From positions 32,001-96,000 of the forward strand of contig CBDBHR010000028.1 of NCBI GenBank assembly GCA_965205865.1: a DNA stretch of 64,000 bases, written 5' to 3'. The position numbers and the translations under genes are program-made. This DNA comes from a bacterium. GTDB taxonomy: Bacteria > SAR324 > NAC60-12. Under the pieces are notes generated by a model. It was not told the origin of the DNA. It made no database searches and worked only from the letters and a program-made list of their open reading frames with translations. Numbering within the stretch: position 1 is the stretch's first letter; each line of letters starts with the position of its first letter. Shown piece after piece: positions 40,776-50,087 of the stretch.

Positions 40776-40976
40776 TTTCTACTCCTAAAAATAGAGTTAA
40801 TTGACATTTCACGCCTGGAGGCGAGAAACGATTGCAGCAACATTGCTGTGGTGGCAAAACTGACGACTCAGTAAGCCCTTTCATTCCAAACAAGCGACCC
40901 AAAAGTGAAACATATGCCGACAATTGCGACAACTGTTTGGAATACGAAGAAAAAATATCAGCGTCCCGAGTCGAAA

Positions 40977-42020
40977 TCAAGAACAAAAATGATGATTTTT
41001 TGCTGCGTAGCGCATACAAGCACTCACATTGATGGTGTTAAACGCATTCGAGAACAGTGTCACTTCGGCGTGGTCTTTTGAGCTAAAGTCGATTTCTCGT
41101 TCCCCATCCAAAGCAATAATGCCTGATTCCAAGCTGAGTGGAATGGTTTCTTGAACCGAAAAAAGGTGAAAATCAAGCACCCCGACGGGTGTGATTAATC
41201 CCGGAGCAATTGGAACCCGAATGGTGTTTTTTGCAATCGCCGGTGGTTGTAATCGAACATGCAATCCGAATGGTTCATGCCTGCCTATGGGTCTTAAGAG
41301 TCCTGCAATCGCGGAGAGGCCGATTGCTTCCGGATCGGCATAGGTCACGAACAGTTCTCGAAAATTTTCACTCCGCCAGAGCGCCCGGGCTCCTATATAC
41401 CGCTCCGTGGTAACGGAAGCATCGACTATGGCGATATCCGATCGATTGCTTCCATTGATTTCCACCTTCAGCATTTTATTTTTCACCAGGGCAACTTCCA
41501 AGGGAATTTGTCCGGTCACGGTCAGTCCCACTGCCAGTCCCGTGATAGTCGGTTCCCGCTGCTCGGGAAAAGCATTGTTGGTACCAGTGGAAATACCGGC
41601 TATGCAGATCGGTCCGCAGTGCTTGACCACGGCTCGATGCGTCCCGTCGCCACCCAGAACGATGATGGCATCCACTCCCTCTTGCACCATGGACCGGGTC
41701 GAAGCGATGGTGTCCTCCACATTTCCAGTGACCGGCGTATCCGTGAATTTCAGGGAAGGAAAGGTGGCATTGCCCAATTTTTTTTCACGTGCCAGACTTC
41801 GCGTCAGTGCTCTGCGAATTCCCCCATTCTCCGGCATCATGAGGACTCTGGGAACCCCACACGCTCCCAATGCTGCCATCACTCGCAGTACCACGTTTGC
41901 CCGGTCCACGATCGGCATGCTCGCGGCATTGGCAATCACCCGTCGAATATCCCTCGCGGCGATCGGATTGGCAATCAGACCAACAGTTACATTTTCTGAA
42001 ACGATGATTGGAGGAATCAG
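40977..42020 (-). CDS. acoX: AcoX / ATP-NAD kinase-family protein
   Basis: VGLIANP.AARDIRR, VLGGDGTHRAV, STGTNNAFP, LDGERE; start uncertain. Confidence 0.85.
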   Translation of the reverse strand: MIPPIIVSENVTVGLIANPIAARDIRRVIANAASMPIVDRANVVLRVMAALGACGVPRVLMMPENGGIRRALTRSLAREKKLGNATFPSLKFTDTPVTGNVEDTIASTRSMVQEGVDAIIVLGGDGTHRAVVKHCGPICIAGISTGTNNAFPEQREPTITGLAVGLTVTGQIPLEVALVKNKMLKVEINGSNRSDIAIVDASVTTERYIGARALWRSENFRELFVTYADPEAIGLSAIAGLLRPIGRHEPFGLHVRLQPPAIAKNTIRVPIAPGLITPVGVLDFHLFSVQETIPLSLESGIIALDGEREIDFSSKDHAEVTLFSNAFNTINVSACMRYAAKNHHFCS

Positions 42021-42229
42021 TGCTACCTATTTATAAGGGATAAAGTGATTTTCGTTTAAACACTTATTGAGAACTTTGTTTGAAAGAACCCTAGCTCCAA
42101 TTTTGCCTCGTGTCAATCCATAATCCCTGTAAATCCTGTCACGTCGCGCGATCACTGAGATTCCTCGGGGACAGATTTAGTGATCAAGAAAAAATACTCA
42201 ATAAGTACCGAAGTTCGTTGAGCAGATTT

Positions 42230-42574
42230 TTAATAGGGGTCGACTGCTTGCGTCTGGGGAAGTGATTGCGTTTTTTGCCGTTTCCCACGCTCCAGAAGAA
42301 TTTGTTTTTTCAAGCGCAGGATCTCGCTGTTTTGCATCTGGATTTTCAGGCGAAGGCGGGCGTGATAGCTGAAAAAATACACGGTCGAGAATAAGATACC
42401 GGCAGCCAGGGCCAGAAAAATGGGAATAAACACCGGGCGTTCAGAAAAAAAGAAGCCAATATTGATCCAGTCCAGGTAAAACTGCAAGGAGACGGGATCT
42501 TGATTCTGATACGCGAACATCACGCTGGCGACCAAGAAAAAGGACAGGAAAATCAACCAAAAGTAGCGCATCAT
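42230..42574 (-). CDS. LapA-family membrane protein
   Basis: TM-FAYQNQDPVSLQF-TM-basic coiled tail. Confidence 0.65.
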   Translation of the reverse strand: MMRYFWLIFLSFFLVASVMFAYQNQDPVSLQFYLDWINIGFFFSERPVFIPIFLALAAGILFSTVYFFSYHARLRLKIQMQNSEILRLKKQILLERGKRQKTQSLPQTQAVDPY

Positions 42575-42579
42575 CTCGT

Positions 42580-43449
42580 TTATTCCAAAAGATAGCTCAA
42601 ACGGATCCCGGAAGCGATGGGCAGAATTTCTTTCAAAGCGGCTAATCCCAACAACGAATTCAGGGAAAATTCCCTTTCATCGAACTCGATGGTGCGGACG
42701 GCGCCATCCAACCCCAATTCTTCGCCCATGGTCTGGAGCACCTGGGGATAGCTGGCCAACTCATCGATCATTCCCAACGCCCGGGCTCGTTCTCCCGCCA
42801 GAATTCTGCCATCCGCCCATTCCCGTATTTGTTCCTCTTGCGCCTGCTCGCGACCCTGCAGAATGGCTTGAATGAATTGTTCATGCGTGTCATCGACAAG
42901 TTGCTGCAGGATATGCCGTTCCGCTTCCTCTATTTCCCGGAACATCGACATCAGGTCTTTGTTTTGAACACTTTTGATGGTCAGGGTTTTTGCGCCGACT
43001 TTATTGGCAAGGTCCTGAAAATTGAACCATTGCAGCAAAACGCCGATACTGCCGGTGATGGTTCCCGGATTAGCAAAAATCCGGTCTGTCGCGCAAGCAA
43101 TGTAATAGGCCCCGGATGCCGCAATCGAACCCATAGACGCGTAGATGGGCTTGGCCGATTGCAGACGCTTCAGCCTGTCATAAATTTCCTGGGCGGCAAC
43201 GACGCTTCCTCCCGGGCTGTTCAGCCGTACGATCACGCCGAGCACACTGTCGGTGCGCTCCATTTTTTCAATTTGGGCCACGATCGGATCGGGGTCCCGG
43301 ATCACGCCCTGGATTTTAATGACGCCGATGACCCCTTGTTGCCAGAATGCGAAGCGTTCCTGTTGGGTCACGTTCAACAATCCCGTGAAAATCAACAACA
43401 GCGCGAAAAGAATCAGGATGCTGGCAAGAAAAGGGTGTTTTTTCAACAT
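42580..43449 (-). CDS. sppA: Signal peptide peptidase SppA (36K type)
   Basis: LNSPGG, AASGAYYIA, TITGSIGV, ADGRI. Confidence 0.93.
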   Translation of the reverse strand: MLKKHPFLASILILFALLLIFTGLLNVTQQERFAFWQQGVIGVIKIQGVIRDPDPIVAQIEKMERTDSVLGVIVRLNSPGGSVVAAQEIYDRLKRLQSAKPIYASMGSIAASGAYYIACATDRIFANPGTITGSIGVLLQWFNFQDLANKVGAKTLTIKSVQNKDLMSMFREIEEAERHILQQLVDDTHEQFIQAILQGREQAQEEQIREWADGRILAGERARALGMIDELASYPQVLQTMGEELGLDGAVRTIEFDEREFSLNSLLGLAALKEILPIASGIRLSYLLE

Positions 43450-43463
43450 AAATTACAGTTTCA

Positions 43464-43555
<92 letters not shown>

Positions 43556-43732
43556 GGGTTGCCGTTTCAAGTTCCTCTCGCGGCGACCGGACGCAATTTA
43601 AATCTTCCACAGGCCACGAATAGTGAGGATGAGTAAAACAAGATTGAGAATAATGAACAAGTTGCATTTTCGGATAGCCCCTGATTTTCAGAATACCGGT
43701 ATGCTGTTACTTCCGTCATTCTCCGGATTTGC

Positions 43733-44296
43733 TCACTGCCGGAGAATTTCAATTGGGACGTTTGACGGTAGCGTTTGTTTTGCTGTCTGCGCATTTAAAT
43801 CATTTTTGAAATCAACCCGCGCTTGCAAAAACCAAGGGTCGTACTTATGCGTACGCAAATCGGGAAAGGTCCAGGCAAAATGCCGGTAACCTCCTCTTTC
43901 TTTGAAAAGAGCCATATCAGCCCAAACCTGCTGTCCCAGATAAATTTTATGCCCGCCTGGTTTGCCGGAAAGCAGGATGATTTTATGCATATCCAAATAT
44001 CCGGGGTCCACGTTGACCCGGCGATTGCCATTCACTCGCACAGAGTCTTCCACTTCATTCGCCCATTTCTTCCAGCGGACTACGTCGTCGAGTGCGATGA
44101 GGCCTGCAAAACTGACAAACTGCCGGTACAGGGTCGCGGCCATCTCCGCAGCATAATAATCTGTTTCGTCGAATGGAAAGCAAGCGGATCTCCGCAGAAT
44201 AGATCCTGCTTTTGTGGCAAAGTGACGCAAGGCATTTTCAAAATCCGTCTTCTCGGAAAAAATGAATCCTGCCAGCAATTTACCGTAAAAAACCAT
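43733..44296 (-). CDS. DUF4416-family protein
   Basis: F..TDYY..EM, RRVNVDPGY, HKIYLG, WTFPD. Confidence 0.8.
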   Translation of the reverse strand: MVFYGKLLAGFIFSEKTDFENALRHFATKAGSILRRSACFPFDETDYYAAEMAATLYRQFVSFAGLIALDDVVRWKKWANEVEDSVRVNGNRRVNVDPGYLDMHKIILLSGKPGGHKIYLGQQVWADMALFKERGGYRHFAWTFPDLRTHKYDPWFLQARVDFKNDLNAQTAKQTLPSNVPIEILRQ

Positions 44297-44352
44297 TGGA
44301 ACGATTCGAATTCGCGCGCAATTTATAATGAAAGCTCGCCTGAGCATACCAA

Positions 44353-45765
44353 TCAAGCAATTGCCGGTCTGCGTTTCCAACATTGAGTGGCCTGCTCAAA
44401 GGCGAAAGCCATTTGTAACACTCCCAGGTCGTCCCGCGCTCTACCAACAATCTGGATGCCAACCGGTAATCCTTCTTCGGTAAATCCACATGGCACCGAG
44501 ATTGCGGGAAGACCTGTCACGCTGATGTACCAACAGGATTTCATCCAGTCCGTGTATTTTTCCAAAGATACGCCTTCAATCTCATCCACGTAGGGGCGAT
44601 TTACGTCAAAGGGCGGGACTTGACTGACAGGGAGGATAAGAAACTCATAATCTTCCATAAATTCCTGTACGCGGTGATAGAGGTCCGTCTGTTTGACAAC
44701 GGCCCGTCCAATGTCCGGCCCGCTCAGTCGCATGCCGTTTTCTATCTCAAAAACCACGGTATTTTTGATCAATTCCCGGTGGTTCTGCAGATCCCCGCCA
44801 TATTTGAGTTCAAACAACCAGGCACGTTCCGTCCGGAAAATTTCTTCCGCATCCCTGAGATCCGGATGCGCCTCCTCTAGTTGGCAGCCAATTGCTTCAA
44901 ACACGCTTCTCTGCTCCGTAATCGTCTTCTTCACCGCAGAATCGAGGGGAAGTTCTCCCAAATCCAAACTCCAGGCGATGCGCGTGTCTTTGAAATCGCG
45001 TTCGAGTGGCTGTTGGAACAAACTTGCCGGCTCCGTCAAAGCGATTGGTGAACGCGAATCAGGTCCTGCCATAACGCTCATCAACAATGCAACGTCTTCT
45101 ACGGTACGGGCCAAAGGACCTTGCACCGGAATTCTCACCCATGCGGCTTTGCTTGGCCAAATGGGTACCCGACCAGGAGAGGAACGGAATCCCACCACGT
45201 TGCAAAAACTTGCCGGATTGCGCAGGGACCCTCCAAAATCACTTCCATCGGCAATCGGGATCATGCCGCAGGCCAAAGCGACAGCGGCGCCTCCGCTACT
45301 GCCACCGCAGGTTTTGTTCGTATCATAAGGATTGACGGTTGCTCCGAAAACGTCGTTGAAAGTCTGGGAACCCGCGCCAAACTCTGGCGCGTTGGTTTTG
45401 CCAACCGTGATCGCCCCCGCCTTTTTCAATCGCTCGACAATCAACTCATCTTGTTCCGGGACAAAATCCTGGTAAATCCGGGAGCCGAAGGTCGTGCGAA
45501 TTCCTTCAGTCAAGGCCAAATCTTTATGCGCAACCGGAAGGCCGTGCAGGACACCCACTTCTTCCCCGCGGGCAAGCGCCTCATCGGCTTTCGCCGCCTG
45601 CTCCATCGCCTGTTCAGGCAAATAAGTAACAATGGCGTTGACCCGCGGATTCACTTTTTCAATCTGGGCCAGATGGGCTTCCATGTTCTCCCGCGCGGAT
45701 CGCTCCCCACTGCGTATTTGTCGCGCCATCTCTCCGGCAGGAAGAAAACAGGGGTCGCATGTCAT
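44353..45765 (-). CDS. Amidase (amidase-signature family)
   Basis: GLPVAHKD, GKTN.PEFG, GGSSGG, GSDFGGSLRNPA. Confidence 0.93.
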   Translation of the reverse strand: MTCDPCFLPAGEMARQIRSGERSARENMEAHLAQIEKVNPRVNAIVTYLPEQAMEQAAKADEALARGEEVGVLHGLPVAHKDLALTEGIRTTFGSRIYQDFVPEQDELIVERLKKAGAITVGKTNAPEFGAGSQTFNDVFGATVNPYDTNKTCGGSSGGAAVALACGMIPIADGSDFGGSLRNPASFCNVVGFRSSPGRVPIWPSKAAWVRIPVQGPLARTVEDVALLMSVMAGPDSRSPIALTEPASLFQQPLERDFKDTRIAWSLDLGELPLDSAVKKTITEQRSVFEAIGCQLEEAHPDLRDAEEIFRTERAWLFELKYGGDLQNHRELIKNTVVFEIENGMRLSGPDIGRAVVKQTDLYHRVQEFMEDYEFLILPVSQVPPFDVNRPYVDEIEGVSLEKYTDWMKSCWYISVTGLPAISVPCGFTEEGLPVGIQIVGRARDDLGVLQMAFAFEQATQCWKRRPAIA

Positions 45766-45769
45766 CTTT

Positions 45770-46561
45770 TTACCGTCCTTTCCACCGAGGAGGACGTTTC
45801 TCGGCAAAAGCCTTGGGTCCTTCGACCGTGTCCTCGGATTCTTGCATTGCTTTGTGTATGGGGAAAACTCTTGTAATCACCTCCGTTAGAGAATAATCCA
45901 TCCCTGCATTCACGGCTTCTTTACTGGCTCGAATCGATAACGGCGCACCTTTCATGATCTCGCCGGCATAGGCTTCGGCCGTGCTCATCAGTTGCTCCGA
46001 AGGCGCTACTTTGTTGACAAAACCGTATTCTCTCCCTTGTTCCGCACCAACCCTGTTGGAAGTAAGCAGCATTTCCATGGCCAGGTGGTAGGGAATCCTG
46101 CGGGGCAGACGGTGCGCGCCGCCCACTGCCGCCATCAAGCCCACTCGCGGTTCCGGGAAACTGAAGAGGGCGTTTTCGGCCGCAATGATGATGTCACAGG
46201 CCAGGGCAATTTCAAATCCTCCTCCAAATGCGAAACCATTGACCGCCGCAATAAAAGGCTTGCTGCAATCATGCCGGTTGGTGATGCCACCAAATCCCCC
46301 TTTCAGGCCTGCCATCAACTCCTTTACTCTGGCCGCTCCGTTCGCCGCCGTGAACTTCAAATCATTGCCTGCGGAAAAAGCGCGGTCACCTGCGCCGGTG
46401 ACAATCATCACCCACTGTTCCGCATCTTCGTCGAATTCATCGATGGCCCTCGACATCTCCCGGCTGATCATCGGGTGGATGGCATTCAACACCTCCGGTC
46501 GATTCATGGTCAAAATTGTAATATGACCCTTTTTTTCAACATTGATAAATTGATGACTCAT
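45770..46561 (-). CDS. Enoyl-CoA hydratase (CaiD-like)
   Basis: NRPEVLNA, FSAGNDLK, GGGFEIALACD, PEPRVGL, FAEKRPPRWKG. Confidence 0.9.
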   Translation of the reverse strand: MSHQFINVEKKGHITILTMNRPEVLNAIHPMISREMSRAIDEFDEDAEQWVMIVTGAGDRAFSAGNDLKFTAANGAARVKELMAGLKGGFGGITNRHDCSKPFIAAVNGFAFGGGFEIALACDIIIAAENALFSFPEPRVGLMAAVGGAHRLPRRIPYHLAMEMLLTSNRVGAEQGREYGFVNKVAPSEQLMSTAEAYAGEIMKGAPLSIRASKEAVNAGMDYSLTEVITRVFPIHKAMQESEDTVEGPKAFAEKRPPRWKGR

Positions 46562-46750
46562 TTCTTCTCCTCTCATTTTAAAACTCACTTTCCCGGTATT
46601 TTGCGTTTTCCGCTCGTGTTTGGATAACTTCGTCCCACTGTCCCGCATCATATATCACACGGTTTTTTTTGATTTGACTTGAAAATAAGCTTAGCTTATC
46701 TATCAAAGAAAGCAACGCAATGGAAGAAAATATTATTTCAGAAAAGATGC

Positions 46751-49700
46751 ATGCCCAGAATCTTCGACAACATTGAACAAAAGCTCCGCCCCGTATTGGT
46801 GGAGACCATCAATGCGGCTGACCGGGCCGACTTTTGCGTCGGGTATTTCAATCTTCGTGGCTGGCGCTTGATCGATGAGCAGGTGGAGAAATGGGAAGGA
46901 GGCGAGGGCCGTTGCTGTCGTATCCTTGCCGGCATGCAACGGCTACCGCACGAGGAATTTCAAATGGCCAGCAGGTTCTCCGACGGCCAACCTTCTCTCG
47001 ACAATCAGACGGCACTGCGGCTCAAAAAAAGACTCGCGGAAGAATTTCGAGAGCAATTGACCACCGGCGCGCCCAGTAATGAGGACGAAAAGGGCCTGCA
47101 ACGACTGGCGCGACAACTCGAGGCAAAGAAGGTCGTGGTCAAGTTATTCCTCAAACACACGCTTCATGCCAAGCTCTACCTCCTCTTTCGCTCCGATCCG
47201 ATCAATCCGATCGTGGCATATTTGGGAAGCAGCAATCTCACCCAAGCAGGGCTCTCTCGTCAGGGTGAACTCAACGTCGACGTGCTCGATCATGACGCTT
47301 GTCAGAAGCTTGCCGGGTGGTTTGAAGATCGCTGGAACGAGCATTGGTGCGTCGATATCTCGCAAGAGCTTATTAAAATCATCAAGGAGAGTTGGGCGCG
47401 TGAGGAACTGATTCCCCCCTACCAGATTTACCTTAAGATCGCCTATCACCTCTCACAGGAAGCAAGGGCGGGTCTGTCTGAATTTCGCATTCCCAAAGAT
47501 TTCGGTAACAAGTTGCTCGAGTACCAGACCGCTGCGGTCAAAATCGCAGCGCATCACCTGAACAAACGAGGGGGCGTCATCATTGGTGACGTCGTCGGGC
47601 TGGGAAAAACGCTGATGGCCACCGCCCTGGCCCGCGTGTTTGAAGACGACCATGGATATGAGACGCTGATCATTTGCCCCAAGAATTTGGTTCCGATGTG
47701 GCAGGATTACAGCCAGCAATACCGTATGCGAGCTCATGTGCTGTCGATCAGCCAGGTCATCAACAAACTGCCTGACCTGCGCCGCTATCGACTGGTCCTC
47801 ATCGACGAAAGTCATAATCTGAGAAACCGCGAAGGCAGGCGCTACCGGGCAATTCAGGAATACATCCGGGAAAATGACAGCAAGTGCATCTTGCTCTCGG
47901 CGACACCATACAATAAAACCTATGCGGATCTGTCCAGCCAGCTTCGACTGTTCGTGCCTGAACATGAAAACCTGGGACTTCGTCCCGAACGATTGTTACG
48001 TGACATCGGAGAAACGGAGTTTCATGCCAGGCATCAAGCGCCAGTCCGCTCTCTGGCTGCGTTCGAGCAATCCAATTACGCAGATGACTGGAGAGAACTG
48101 ATGCGTTTGTATCTCGTCCGCCGCACACGCAGCTTCATTCAGGAGAACTATGCCACTACGGACGAGACCAATGGGCGAAAATACCTGACCTTTGAAGACG
48201 GTACGCGGTTCTATTTTCCGACCCGGATTCCAAAGACGGTCCGATTCCACGTCGATGAGCAATACTCCCGGCTGTTCGCAGACGACGTAGTGGAGGCCAT
48301 AAACGGCCTGCAACTGCCGCGCTATGGTTTGGGAAATTATCTCCTTTCGAATCCACGAACGCTTCCCACTGATAACGAGAAGAAGATTCTCGATGACCTC
48401 TCACGCGCCGGTAAACGTCTCATGGGTTTTTGCCGCACCAACCTGTTCAAACGTCTGGAGAGCAGCGGTCACTCCTTTCTGCTGTCGCTCGAACGCCATA
48501 TCCTGCGGAATTACATCTTTCTCCACGCGATCGAGAACGATCTTTCGCTTCCAATCGGCAGCACCAATGCCGGGCTTCTGGATACGCATTCCTTTGACGG
48601 GGACGCGGAAAGGACCACCAGAGATATTTTCGATATGGATGAGGATGATGAAAACGAAGAACCCAAAGCAACGACGAATCTGAAAACCGGGGATGAATTT
48701 CGCCATCATGCCGCTGAAGCCTACGCGCTCTTTGTCGATAAATACAAAAAGCGATTCCGCTGGTTGGCGCCGCATTACTTCGATAAGGAGTTCGGCAAAG
48801 ACCTCATGACTGACGCCACTATTCTCAGTAAACTCCTGCTCCGATTCGGCGAATGGCAGGCGGACCGGGATGCGAAACTCGACGCGCTGGAAAAAATACT
48901 CGTCGAAGAACATCCCATACGCAAAGTGCTCGTCTTCAGCCAGTTCGCCGATACGATACACTACCTGGAAAGACGGCTTCAGGAGCGTGGAGTAACGGAC
49001 CTGGCTGCGGTGACCGGAGACTCTGCGAACCTGACGGAATTGGCATGGCGTTTCAGTCCCAAGAGCAACGGAAAAGAAAATCGCATAGCATCTGACAATG
49101 AACTTCGCATTTTGATCGCCACCGACGTGCTCAGCGAAGGACAGAATTTGCAGGACTGCGCCATTGTGGTGAACTATGACCTGCCGTGGGCCATCATCCG
49201 CCTCATTCAACGCGTTGGTCGCGTGGACCGCATAGGCCAGAAAGCGGAAAATATCCTCTGCTGTTCCTTTCTTCCGGCTGAAGGTGTCGATCGCCTGATC
49301 CGTCTGCGGGAGCGAGTCCGGAAACGTCTCCACCAGAATGCCGAGGTGGTGGGAACGGATGAGGCCTTTTTTGAGGATGAGGACCAACAGAACGTGCTTG
49401 ATCTGTATAATGAAAAGGCTGGAATTCTGGATAATGACGCCGAGACGGACGTCGATCTTTCCTCCTATGCCTATCAAATCTGGCGCAACGCGACGGAAAA
49501 GGATTCATCGCTCAGGAAGATAATCGAGGAAATGCCCTCGGTCGTGTATACCTCGAAGGCATACGAGCAGAAGCCGGAACGGCCCGCAGGAGCGCTGGTC
49601 TATATAAAGACTGCGCAGGGAAACGACGCGCTTACCTGGGTTGACCGCAATGGCAATAGCGTCACCGAGAGCCAGTTCGAAATTCTCCGCGCGGCGGAAT

Positions 49701-50086
49701 GCGCGCCCGGTACCCCGGCCTTGCCTCGTCACCTCGTTCACCATCATCAGGAAAAACAGGTCGGTGGCCAACTCGGCCGCCCCGCGGGAGCCCGCTTCCG
49801 CACTTACGAGCGACTGAAGCAACACGCTGAACGGGTCAAAGACACGTTGTTCGATACCAAGTCCTTGCATCGCGCGATCGAGGATATCTATCGCTATCCT
49901 CTACGCCAGGCCGCGGTGGATGCGCTCAACCGTCAGTTGCGCAGTGGGGTTTCCGACGAAGCTCTTGGCGAATTGGTCGTCACCCTTCGGGATGAAGGTC
50001 GCCTTTGCATTGTCCATGACGAAGACGAACACCAGGAATTGCGCATCATCTGCTCCATGGGACTGACTGAAAAGAACGGGAACTGA
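46751..50086 (+). CDS. PLD-nuclease / SNF2-like helicase fusion
   Basis: LHAKLY..GSSNLT, GDVVGLGKT, IDESHN, SATP, QRVGRVDRIGQ. Confidence 0.9.
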   Translation: MPRIFDNIEQKLRPVLVETINAADRADFCVGYFNLRGWRLIDEQVEKWEGGEGRCCRILAGMQRLPHEEFQMASRFSDGQPSLDNQTALRLKKRLAEEFREQLTTGAPSNEDEKGLQRLARQLEAKKVVVKLFLKHTLHAKLYLLFRSDPINPIVAYLGSSNLTQAGLSRQGELNVDVLDHDACQKLAGWFEDRWNEHWCVDISQELIKIIKESWAREELIPPYQIYLKIAYHLSQEARAGLSEFRIPKDFGNKLLEYQTAAVKIAAHHLNKRGGVIIGDVVGLGKTLMATALARVFEDDHGYETLIICPKNLVPMWQDYSQQYRMRAHVLSISQVINKLPDLRRYRLVLIDESHNLRNREGRRYRAIQEYIRENDSKCILLSATPYNKTYADLSSQLRLFVPEHENLGLRPERLLRDIGETEFHARHQAPVRSLAAFEQSNYADDWRELMRLYLVRRTRSFIQENYATTDETNGRKYLTFEDGTRFYFPTRIPKTVRFHVDEQYSRLFADDVVEAINGLQLPRYGLGNYLLSNPRTLPTDNEKKILDDLSRAGKRLMGFCRTNLFKRLESSGHSFLLSLERHILRNYIFLHAIENDLSLPIGSTNAGLLDTHSFDGDAERTTRDIFDMDEDDENEEPKATTNLKTGDEFRHHAAEAYALFVDKYKKRFRWLAPHYFDKEFGKDLMTDATILSKLLLRFGEWQADRDAKLDALEKILVEEHPIRKVLVFSQFADTIHYLERRLQERGVTDLAAVTGDSANLTELAWRFSPKSNGKENRIASDNELRILIATDVLSEGQNLQDCAIVVNYDLPWAIIRLIQRVGRVDRIGQKAENILCCSFLPAEGVDRLIRLRERVRKRLHQNAEVVGTDEAFFEDEDQQNVLDLYNEKAGILDNDAETDVDLSSYAYQIWRNATEKDSSLRKIIEEMPSVVYTSKAYEQKPERPAGALVYIKTAQGNDALTWVDRNGNSVTESQFEILRAAECAPGTPALPRHLVHHHQEKQVGGQLGRPAGARFRTYERLKQHAERVKDTLFDTKSLHRAIEDIYRYPLRQAAVDALNRQLRSGVSDEALGELVVTLRDEGRLCIVHDEDEHQELRIICSMGLTEKNGN

Positions 50087-50087
50087 A

